Notes: a model not told the origin generated them from the letters alone. A stretch of DNA of 64,000 bases from Macrostomum lignano (GCA_002269645.1 NIVC01000910.1:198944-262943); one strand, 5' to 3'; shown: positions 39,529 to 49,613, counted from the stretch's first letter. Numbers and translations are program-made.

Positions 39529-40137
39529 GTGAGGCTCTCTGCTCGCGTACAGGAAGTAGAGGGTCTCGTTACTACACGGCAGTAAAATCAGCAAATACTC
39601 GTACACTGATGGACATTGAAAAGTATCCCCCCTGATCTCGTGAGCCATTTCTCTACGATCGTAACTGCATCCCGCGCTGGCAACCGGTATTATTCAATTG
39701 CACACAATACATTAGGAATAATAGGGTGCAATAATACACTACTGAACCGTAGTGGCTAATACCGTCCAAAGTGGAGAACTGCGTACCTTCGCTTTGTGTT
39801 TCCTGACATTCTGGAGATCAACTTTGGAGTCGCTTTTAATGCGTCAATCTCCACTTCTGGGCAGCGGAGTCACTCTTAAGGAACCTGTGCAGCGTGATGT
39901 TGACTCCATCTCTTGTTGTTGCAGACAATTTATGTGCTGCTGCAGCCCTGAACACAGCAGCTCCTTGAATTCAGCACTCTTTCGTCCATTTGTTTGATAG
40001 CAAAGCGCAAGGACGCGAGGACCGGTGAACTTTGTGTGTATTGCAAAAATATTGGGGCGTCGCCATGGATTTTATGGCGGGGGCCAAAGCAAAGAATTCT
40101 ACATGTACTTGTACATTATTCTCAGGATCGGTATTGT

Positions 40138-40810
40138 CAGCGCTCATTTTGGCGCCGCAAGCAGTCATTTTGGCGCCACAAGCACTCATTTTGGCGCCGC
40201 AGGCACTCATTTTGGCGCCGCAGACACTCATTTTGGCGCTGCAGACACTCATTTTGGCGCTGCAGACACTCATTTTAGCTCCGCAGACACTCATTTTGGC
40301 GGCAGACATTCATTTTAGCGCCGCAGGCACTCATTTTGGCGCCGCAGGCACTCACTTTGGCGCCGCAGGCACTCATTTTGGCGCCGCAGACACTCATTTT
40401 GGCGCCACAAGCACTCATTTTGGCGCCGCATACACTTATTTTGGCGCCGCAAGCACTCATTTTGGCGCCACAAGCACTCATTTTGGCGCCGCAAGCACTC
40501 ATTTTGGCGCCACAAGCACTCATTTTGGCGCCGCAGACACTCATTTTGGCGCCACAAGCACTCATTTTGGCGCCGCATACACTTATTTTGGCGCCGCAAG
40601 CACTCATTTTGGCGCCACAAGCACTCATTTTGGCGCCGCAGACACTCATTTTGGCGCCACAAGCACTCATTTTGGCGCCGCAGACACTTATTTTGGTGCC
40701 GCAAGCACTCATTTTGGCGCCACAAGCACTCATTTTGGCGCCGCAAGCACTCATTTTGGCGCCGCAAGCACTCATTTTGGCGCCGCAGACACTCATTTTA
40801 ACGCCGCAGA
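40138..40810 (+). repeat. 21-bp family B array, about 32 copies, with leader at 40079-40150
   Basis: Same unit and homologous leader as 36729-38198. Confidence 0.96.
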
Positions 40811-40964
40811 CACCCTTTGGCACTATAGGCACTCATCATGACGCCGCAGGATAGCAAAATTATTGATTTCCATAACGGGTAACAAGGTCGGGTGGGCGTG
40901 GACAAATATATTGAATGCATTGAGACTGTTCTAGCGCACAGTTTATGAACTAACGAATCCGCAG

Positions 40965-41051
40965 GTGCTTGGCGTCGTTCTGGCCTGCTACATGCTCAAA
41001 ATACTTGACGAAGAAGAGGACAGCTACGACTATTACGAAGAAGATTGGTAA
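40965..41051 (+). CDS. Tetraspanin, last exon
   Basis: Acceptor aatccgcag|GTG. VLGVVLACYMLKILDEEEDSYDYYEEDW then TAA. Joined protein is about 315 aa with four TM segments. Confidence 0.85.
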   Translation: MLGVVLACYMLKILDEEEDSYDYYEEDW

Positions 41052-41985
41052 CCATAGCAACTGGCCGCCCAGCCGAGACCGTTAGGCTCTGCGCATTGAT
41101 TGATTATTATGCGAGCGTATTAGACCTAGCCCGAGTTGCTTTATGTGTACAAGTATAATAATAATAATAATAATTAAATAAGCAAACACGTGTACGAAGA
41201 ACTTTCATTTGTAAAATGTAAATATAAACATTAATGGCACAAGTGCAATTTTATCAGTAATATTTATATAATATATAGATATAGATATTTAAGCTTTATT
41301 TTACTATGTTTATTTATTTAATTTTATTCACTACAGCAAAATGATGACAATATTTGTCCCATGTAGCTAGAAGTACTAATAAAGGACTGCAGGACAGTCA
41401 GGTATTCAGGTAAATACAAGCGACATGAGACAGTGGACACTATCTGACTGTCTCTCTCTGTTTGATCCCTCTGTGAGTCATATTTAATAATTACACTCAT
41501 TAATTACAGCGAGGATAGTGGAAGGGGCAGATATATATAATATAGTAAAAAAGCAAAAGCAAAATTAATACTTGCCCACACAGACTTTGCAAAATGGGCA
41601 CTGTAAAAAAGAAGGGAGATTATTAGGGTTATGCAGGGACAGCATGCAGGGTCCACGGAAACAAGGGAGCTGCAAAATGCGAGTGGCCGTTAATTACTCA
41701 CCGATAAATTTAAGCCCGCACAGTTCGGTCAGGTCAACAGTTCGAGTAATAATAATAATGTTAAAATACTAAAAATGTACTTCGTCTATAAATGAAAAAA
41801 ACCACTGTACCGGAGATTTATTACAGCTCAAAAATTACTAAAGATTACCTTAACTGCTGGTTCTAAACAGCATTCATCTATTGCACTCTCAAATGCTTTT
41901 ATTGCGGCATTTATCTACAGAAATCTTAATACTATACATTCAATACATTAGTCCCATGGGTGTGAAAATTTATCAAAATTTTATC

Positions 41986-43340
41986 TGCTGGTTCTCTGGG
42001 GTGAGTCTAAGGGGTGCTGGTTCTCTGGGGTGAGTCTAAGGGGTGCTGTTTCTCTGGGGTGAGTCTAAGGGGTGCTGGTTCTCTGGGGTGATTCTAAGGG
42101 GTGCTGTTTCTCTGGGGTGAGTCTAAGGGGTGCTGGTTCTCTTGGGTGATTCTAAGGGGTGCTGTTTCTCTGGGGTGAGTCTAAGGGGTGCTGTTTCTCT
42201 GGGGTGAGTCTAAGGGGTGCTGGTTCTCTTGGGTGATTCTAAGGGGTGCTGTTTCTCTGGGGTGAGTCTAAGGGGTGCTGGTTCTCTTGGGTGATTCTAA
42301 GGGGTGCTGTTTCTCTGGGGTGAGTCTAAGGGGTGCTGGTTCTCTTGGGTGATTCTAAGGGGTGCTGTTTCTCTGGGGTGAGTCTAAGGGGTGCTGGTTC
42401 TCTTGGGTGATTCTAAGGGGTGCTGTTTCTCTGGGGTGAGTCTAAGGGGTGCTGGTTCTCTGGGGTGATTCTAAGGGGTGCTGTTTCTCTGGGGTGAGTC
42501 TAAGGGGTGCTGGTTCTCTTGGGTGATTCTAAGGGGTGCTGTTTCTCTGGGGTGAGTCTAAGGGGTGCTGGTTCTCTTGGGTGATTCTAAGGGGTGCTGG
42601 TTCTCTTGGGTGATTCTAAGGGGTGCTGTTTCTCTGGGGTGAGTCTAAGGGGTGCTGGTTCTCTTGGGTGATTCTAAGGGGTGCTGTTTCTCTGGGGTGA
42701 GTCTAAGGGGTGCTGGTTCTCTTGGGTGATTCTAAGGGGTGCTGGTTCTCTGGGGTGAGTCTAAGGGGTGCCGGTTCTCTGGGGTGAGTCTAAGGGGTGC
42801 TGGTTCTCTGGGGTGATTCTAAGGGGTGCTGGTTCTCTGGAGTGAGTCTAAGGGGTGCTGGTTCTCTGGGGTGATTCTAAGGGGTGCTGGTTCTCTGGGG
42901 TGAGTCTAAGGGGTGCTGGTTCTCTGGGGTGATTCTAAGGGGTGCTGGTTCTTTGGAGTGAGTCTAAGGGGTGCTGGTTCTCTGGGGTGAGTCTAAGGGG
43001 TGCTGGTTCTCTGGGGTGAGTCTAAGGGGTGCCGGTTCTCTGGGGCGAGTCTAAGGGGTGCTGGTTCTTTGGGGTGAGGCTATGGGGTGTCGGCTCTCTG
43101 GGGTGAGTCTAAGGGGTGCTGGTTCTCTGGGGTGAGTCTAAGGGGTGCTGGTTCTCTGGGGTGAGTCTAAGGGGTGCTGGTTCTTAGGGGTGAGGCTATG
43201 GGGTGTCGGCTCTCGGGGGTGAGTCTAGGGGGTGCTGGTTCTTTGGGGTGAGACTATGGGGTGTCGGCTCTCTGGGGTGAGTCTAGGGGGTGCTGGTTCT
43301 TTGGGGTGAGTCTAAGGGGTGTCGGCTCTCTGGGGTGAGT
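41986..43340. repeat. 29-bp G-rich minisatellite, about 46 copies, between convergent tetraspanin and Nck 3-prime ends
   Basis: Unit ctggttctctggggtgagtctaaggggtg. Confidence 0.97.
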
Positions 43341-43849
43341 TCAAGTGTCCTAATTGGTCAATAGGAACACAGGGGCAATAGTAGAAGTGAGTTTAGGAGC
43401 ACGGATTCAGTTAAACTAGACACTAAACAGTCTAATAAAGCCAGTTTAATTGTAAAAAAGAATCAAATTAATGGTAGACAACTGAACAAAAAATGAACGA
43501 CCAAAAAACAGATTTGACTACTCATAAGTACGCAAGAGAGCGGAGTTGATGCAATTTTCAAATATTTACGCAACTACTTTTAATTCTTCTCTATTTGACA
43601 TGCACAGTTAATAAAGAACAGAAAATTGCACAAACAGATATGAGAACAAAAATATAAGAAAGTGAAAAATTGCCGATAAGCTGAGGTGAGAAAAAGCGGT
43701 CAAGCGCTTGTCTGTCATCCAGTGCTAGTCGTACGCCGTCAGAATAAAAAAATTAAAAAAGACACCACAATGACACAGTGATAATATTCTACTAGGATGG
43801 AAACCACTGGGGTTGCAAATGGCGCTGAACTGCCAATTAGATGGGGCTT

Positions 43850-44080
43850 CTACAGCTGGGATCCCGACAGGCTGGGATGCTGGAAAGCGCCAGCCAGATG
43901 GCATCTCTCATCAGTTGACCGGAATATCGGGTGCTCCATATAGTGCTTGACCAGATCCTCCAGGCTGTTGAAGTACTTCTGCCCGATGTTGTAGCGGAGG
44001 CCGTTGGACTCGGGAATTCGGCGGATCTTGAAATTGCGATTCTTCTCCCGCGCCCGCATGGTCAGGGTGAGGTCGCTCGG
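43850..44080 (-). CDS. NCK: Nck/Dock adaptor, last exon (second half of SH2)
   Basis: Acceptor ccccacccag|CCG. PSDLTLTMRAREKNRNFKIRR...YNIGQKYFNSLEDLVKHYMEHPIF matches the Nck SH2 (..[24 protein letters not shown]). Stop at 43850. Confidence 0.92.
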   Translation of the reverse strand, partial: PSDLTLTMRAREKNRNFKIRRIPESNGLRYNIGQKYFNSLEDLVKHYMEHPIFRSTDERCHLAGAFQHPSLSGSQL

Positions 44081-44475
44081 CTGGGTGGGGAAGGCGGGAG
44101 GCATTGCGTTAGTCATGGTTCAGCTTCATTATGGTGAGCAAAGTGCTTAACAGTGAGGGCTGGTCCAGCAACTGAGGATCTGGGAGGCTGGCCCAGCAAC
44201 TGAGGATCTGGGAGGCTGGCCCAGCAACTGAGGATCTGGGAGGCTGGCCCAGCAACTGAGGATATGGGAGGCTGGTCCAGCAACTGAGGATCTGAGAGGC
44301 TGGTGGCCCAGTAACTGAGGATCTGGGAGGCTGGCCCAGAAACTGGGGATCTGGGAGGCTGGCCCAGCAACGGAGGATCTGGAAGGCTGTCCAAGCAACT
44401 GAGGATCTAGGAGGCTGTCCAAGCAACTGAGGATCTGGGAGGCTGGCCCCGAAGCTGAGGATCTGGGATTGTGGC

Positions 44476-44762
44476 CATACATGCGCAACCTCCAAAATTC
44501 GGTCGGCCGTGCGACTTAGTTTTAACAAAAATGCAATGTGGTTTTTGGCCAAAAATGCGAAAAAAGCCTAAATCAAAATTAACGCAACTCTGGGTAAACG
44601 GCTGGAGTAACCATCACTGTCTTATTAAACCAAAATGCCCCGTTAGCTACTTAGTACTACTTCTTGGGTGTTTTTTCGGGTGGGCATTTTTGCGACTTCC
44701 TTGGTTGGCCGCCAAATCGGTCGGCAGGATCGGCCGACTCGGCCGACTGTTGCGCATGTATG
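44476..44762. mobile_element. hAT-like MITE, 287 bp
   Basis: Perfect 14-bp TIRs CATACATGCGCAAC / GTTGCGCATGTATG. 8-bp TSD ATTGTGGC at 44468-44475 and 44763-44770. Subterminal CGGCCGAC repeats. Confidence 0.85.
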
Positions 44763-44874
44763 ATTGTGGCCAAGCAACTGAGGATCTGGGATTCTGGCCC
44801 AGTAACTGAGGATCTGAGATTGTAGGAAAATAAACGTCAACAAAAACATAAAAAGTAGACTTTGTTTAATTCTA

Positions 44875-44912
44875 GCCAACGCGTTTCGTCAAACACAAGA
44901 TGTCGTCAGGGC
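44875..44912 (-). ncRNA. Minimal type I hammerhead ribozyme motif, copy with a stem II mismatch
   Basis: Minus strand reads gcc-CTGACGA-catcttgtgtttgac-GAAA-cgcgtt-ggc. Confidence 0.65.
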
Positions 44913-44974
44913 AAATTCAATCAGCCTAAGATCACACCACCATCTGGAAAAAAAAATAAATAGACACGGCTCTG

Positions 44975-45894
44975 GGGCCCATGCTATAGATTTAAGAGCA
45001 AAGAGTAAGGAGTTAGGAGTCAGGAGTGCTCCTAGCAAGGAGCGAATCGATTTTGTGTGCTATAGAGTTCAAGAATCAAGAGTTAGGAGCTAGGAGTTGT
45101 TTTAAGGAGTGCAGCATAGGAGTGAGGAGGAGTTCTAAGGAGTGTAAGGCGATTGGCTAAGGAGTCTGCCAATCTGCGTGCTATATTAAACTCCTAAATG
45201 AACGCACCTTAAGGAGTAATTATAGGAGCAATTCGTGAATTCAAACAATGCAAGCAAACCAAAAAGTTGCGTTTGTTAAAGCGATTGCGGCTCGAAAGGA
45301 CGTGCACCTTTTCGGTGCCTTTTCGCCAACAATAACAAAAGCACTCAAGATTGAAATGTGGAGAGAGGTCATCCTTGAATGTCGCCAAGAGTTGATTCTC
45401 ATTGAGCCGAAATCGTGACACAGTATTATATTCTTCAAAAAAGTTAATCCTCTGCTTAAATTGTCTGGGTCGCCGATCATTAGCTCCCTCATCGTCCGAG
45501 CCTAGCTAGCTCACTGTCCGAAAACATGAAAAAAGAAACGAATCACACGATCCTACTATAACCTAAGAGTGAAATTTGGCCCTTGAAGTCTTAACTAGGA
45601 GTTAGGAGCTAGAAATGAGTTTCGCTCCTTCTATAGGACACGCACTCCTAAAACTCACTCCTAAACGGCAATTCCTAGCTCCTAGCTCCTACGCTCCGCT
45701 CCTTATTCTATAGCACGCGACAAACCTTAATGAGGTCTCCTAAATTCACCAAGGAGTATCCTAACGTCCTTAAGGAGCCTCCTAGCTCTTAAAATTTACT
45801 CTTGATTCAATAGCACAGAAAAGCCAGCTAGGAGCTAGGAGTTAGGACACTCTTAAGGATTTAGGAGTTAAAGAGTATTCTATAGCACGGGCCC
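44975..45894 (+). mobile_element. PIF/Harbinger-like non-autonomous element, 920 bp
   Basis: TIRs GGGCCC(A/G)TGCTATAG. 3-bp TSD CTG at 44972-74 and 45895-97. Many TAGGAG/CTCCTA subterminal repeats. Internal Myb/SANT-like ORF. Confidence 0.8.
45248..45418 (+). pseudogene. Truncated Myb/SANT-like DNA-binding ORF (56 aa) of the Harbinger element
   Basis: MQANQKVAFVKAIAARKDVHLFGAFSPTITKALKIEMWREVILECRQELILIEPKS resembles the xKDVLFGxFSxxITxxxKxxxWxEI pattern of Harbinger-associated Myb/SANT proteins (by recall). It is below the ORF-track length cutoff. Confidence 0.6.
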
Positions 45895-46115
45895 CTGCTC
45901 ACAGTACTCTTAGCTCACAATGTGTACTTAGCTCAATGTGTGAGCTAAGAGTACTGTGAGAAGAGCCGTGCCTATTTATTTATTTTTTCTCTCTCTCACT
46001 TTGTTGTGTACTTGGCACTTTCTTAATTCTACCGGACTGTTTTGACCCGCCTCTGGACTGTACAGTGATTTTTGCTTAAATATATTGGTGTTGTGATCTT
46101 AGGTTGATTGAATTT

Positions 46116-46153
46116 GCCCTGACGACGTCTTGTGTTTGACGAAACGCGTTGGC
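46116..46153 (+). ncRNA. Minimal type I hammerhead ribozyme motif, intact-looking copy
   Basis: gcc-CTGACGA-c-GTC-ttgtgttt-GAC-GAAA-CGCGTT-ggc: conserved CUGAnGA and GAAA core, stem I gcc/ggc, stem II gtc/gac, palindromic ACGCGT helix III and a GUU cleavage triplet. Confidence 0.75.
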
Positions 46154-47194
46154 TAGAATTAAACAAAGTCTACTTTTTATGTTTTTGTTGACGTTTATTT
46201 TCCTACTATTTGTTAGACGAGCTACACTTCCACAATCTGGGATTGTGGCCCAGAAACTGAGGATCTGGGAGGCTGGCCCAGCAACTGAGGATCTTAGTGG
46301 ACTGTTGAGTCAGAGTTTTTAAAGATTTCTAAAACAAAAAATGGTCTGCTATTCCAACTGATAATTATGATAACGAATATCTGCTATTAAATCGACATGG
46401 TCAATGATGTGACAAAAGAGACAAAATACAATTCCAGAGATTATTCTCAAAGTATAGGTATTTTCTTGTCTCAACTCGCGCGTATGAAAAAAGTTGAATG
46501 AGTAATGAGTCTAGCTCGTAGCAGCCATCTTAAAAACTTTTTTTACCAGGAATTTTCAGGATTAAAATGATGAGGATTAAGATAAAAAATTGAGCATTAA
46601 ATAGTTAAATGAAAAATTTTTAAGAGTGCCAATTGGCACCCTGATTTTGGACCCACAATCTTGACGAAAAAATCCAGTGTACAGTTAATAATTAAGATAT
46701 AATCGTACAGAAGGTTAGAGTGAGGAATTATTGCAGATGTGATCGGCTACGGACATGGTCCTCAATTTTTCTGCTCCCGCAGTCTCCAAGGTAGTGTGCT
46801 CAAGATGCATCCTCATACACTTGGCCCCAGCCACCCACGCTTCATTACTCGCATCGATCGCATGAACTGGACTCGCTGAATCAATCTAGGAGAGGAGAGC
46901 AGTCAGATCAGGCACACTGCAAGTGCATCACATTTTTAGTTTAGGCCTTAGAATCTTTCAGATTGAAAATCTGAAAGATCTGACATCTGGGGATCGTCGA
47001 TCGACACACTGAATTGCCACCCTCCTCAGGTATTGAGCCACTGCCTCCCTCCTAGATTCTCATCCTTAGTTGCTAGGCCATCTTCTTAGATTCCCTGTTG
47101 CTAGGCCATCTTCCCAGATTCCCTGCTGCTAGGCCATTTTCCCAGATTCCCTGTTGCTAGGCCTTCTTTCCAGATTCCCTGTTGTTAGGCCATC

Positions 47195-47545
47195 CTCCCA
47201 GACCCTCAGTCGCTGGGCCAGCCTCCCAGATCCTCAGTTGTTGGGCCAGCCTCCCAGATCCTCAGTTGCTGGGCCAGCCTCTCAGATCCTCAGTTGCTGG
47301 GCCAGCCTCCCAGATCCTCAGTCGCTGGGCCAGCCTCCCAGATCTTCAGCTGCTGGGCCGGCCTCCCAGATCCTCAGTTGCTGGGCCAGCCTCTCAGATC
47401 CTCAGTTGCTGGGCCAGCCTCGCAGATCCTCAGTTGCTGGGCCGGCCTCCCAGATCCTCAGTTGCTGGGCCAGCCTTCCAGATCCTCAGTTGCTGAGCCA
47501 GCCTCCCAGATCTTCAGCTGCTGGGCCGGCCTCCCAGTTGCTGGG
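47195..47545 (+). repeat. 28-bp family A array (with a degenerate extension from about 47040)
   Basis: Same unit as 17702-19666. Confidence 0.93.
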
Positions 47546-48158
47546 CATGCCCCTCGTATTTAGTATTCTACATACCTCGAACAAGCATAAAAATTTGCAC
47601 ACTGATTAGATTTACAAAATACAAACTAGGAATGCAGAGATTGGAAAGAAGCGGAACCCTCATTGATTCGCTGAATATTCTCAAGAATTCTTAGAAATCT
47701 ACTAGAAGCAGAAAACGAGGCACGGACGACGGGCGTGATACTCGAAAATTCAAGCAGAACAGCTTTTCTTCATTTAATCAATCCCGGGCGATGAGATGGA
47801 GTGACGGATTGGGAAGAATTTGACGGACAACGAAAGCCTCCCCTTATCGGCGGGGCAGAAGCTGGATATGCATGTGTAAACATACTGTGAAGCTGCAAAA
47901 CTGGAGGCATTACCGTAAGAGTACAATGAATGACAAATTTATTCATGAATATTTTTTAAAAAGGAAAGCACTTGTTTCACAGTTGCATGCTTTAAGGTAT
48001 TCAGTATACTTTTGGGTTTGTTAAATTGTCAATTTGGTATCGGCAATTCTGCCCATTCCGCTGACTCCTGAGCACATACAAGCGTACACGCTCACACAGG
48101 GTGTACAGCGGCCCTGACTGTCTAATCAGCAGGCATGTACACTCTCTGCGCCTAGGGG

Positions 48159-49033
48159 GTTGTGAATCGCACGACAACCCCTAGCACAAGCTGGTTGTGA
48201 ATCGCACGACAACCCCTAGCACAAGCTGGTTGTGAATCGCACGACAACCCCTAGCACAAGCTGGTTGTGAATCGCACGACAACCCCTAGCACAAGCTGGT
48301 TGTGAATCGCACGACAACCCCTAGCACAAGCTGGTTGTGAATCGCACGACAACCCCTAGCACAAGCTGGTTGTGAATCGCACGACAACCCCTAGCACAAG
48401 CTGGTTGTGAATCGCACGACAACCCCTAGCACAAGCTGGTTGTGAATCGCACGACAACCCCTAGCACAAGCTGGTTGTGAATCGCACGACAACCCCTAGC
48501 ACAAGCTGGTTGTGAATCGCACGACAACCCCTAGCACAAGCTGGTTGTGAATCGCACGACAACCCCTAGCACAAGCTGGTTGTGAATCGCACGACAACCC
48601 CTAGCACAAGCTGGTTGTGAATCGCACGACAACCCCTAGCACAAGCTGGTTGTGAATCGCACGACAACCCCTAGCACAAGCTGGTTGTGAATCGCATGAC
48701 AACCCCTAGCACAAGCTGGTTGTGAATCGCACGACAACCCCTAGCACAAGCTGGTTGTGAATCGCACGACAACCCCTAGCACAAGCTGGTTGTGAATCGC
48801 ATGACAACCCCTAGCACAAGCTGGTTGTGAATCGCACGACAACCCCTAGCACAAGCTGGTTGTGAATCGCATGACAACCCCTAGCACAAGCTGGTTTTGA
48901 ATCGCACGACAACCCCTAGCACAAGCTGGTTGTGAATCGCACGACAACCCCTAGCACAAGCTGGTTGTGAATCGCACGACAACCCCTAGCACAAGCTGGT
49001 TGTGAATCGCACGACAACCCCTAGCACAAGCTG
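48159..49033 (+). repeat. 35-bp minisatellite, about 25 near-identical copies, derived from the end of the dispersed repeat
   Basis: Unit tgtgaatcgcacgacaacccctagcacaagctggt. Confidence 0.97.
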
Positions 49034-49613
49034 AGTGTCAAGACGCTGAGCTGGTTCTGCCGCATCTGTCTAGTCTAATTTCGAAGAAATTGAGTTTCGA
49101 CACGTATCGGAAATCGGCAAGTTTTTCAGTCTCAGCCGTTTCTACTTTCAATGCAGCAATTCTCCTGTTATTGCATTTTACTAAGTCGCGGCATTCCATC
49201 AATCATTGCACAGTGCGCCCGGCGGATTCCAGCTGCCCCGCCAGGGCCCGAATATTTCTATTCCTTTCTGTGTTCTCTTTCAACACTGTTGACAACGACA
49301 GAAGCAGACGAAAAGACGGAAAGCAGAAGGCGCGCGGAAATGAACATGCCGCAGCCGGCCGTTGTTGGTCTTTTTTTGTTCTATAGTAAAATCTCTACCC
49401 TAGTGAGTGGCACTACCTGACTGGTAGAAAAGTACTTTTTTTCATATAACACTAATAGTTGGCTTTATATTATCTCAGGCATTCAATACATTTGTTTGTT
49501 TATAAACTATATGCTCTCGTATTTTTTTCATAGATTTTGCAATCGGGAGGTTTTGGGCTCGATTCCACACGTGACCAACTGTGCCAAATAAAGTCAGTGG
49601 TTAAAAAATTAAG

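Larger units (their letters stand above)
44822..46235. mobile_element. Penelope-like (PLE) inverted pseudo-LTR foldback element
   Basis: About 120-bp inverted arms at 44822-44941 / 46086-46206, each carrying a minimal hammerhead motif. Inner hairpin arms continue once the Harbinger insert is removed. ATCTG(A/G)GATTGT is duplicated at the flanks. PLE assignment rests on the known association of minimal hammerheads with PLE pLTRs; no RT remains. Confidence 0.7.
44158..46294 (-). repeat. 28-bp family A array, inverted and split by nested insertions (segments 44158-44475, 44763-44823, 46236-46294)
   Basis: Family A units flank both the MITE and the foldback element. Confidence 0.9.

Noticed and set aside
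41986-43340. Interstitial telomeric repeat
   Set aside because: TAAGGGG is only part of a 29-bp unit; there are no tandem TTAGGG hexamers.
46766-46795. 8-nt micro-exon (cccgcag|tctccaag|gtagtg) on the plus strand
   Set aside because: Antisense to Nck with no plus-strand gene to join; short consensus matches are expected by chance.
49525-49570. tRNA or SINE head (GCAATCGGGAGG..GGCTCGATTCC)
   Set aside because: Only a degenerate B-box-like motif, with no A-box or body; too weak to call.
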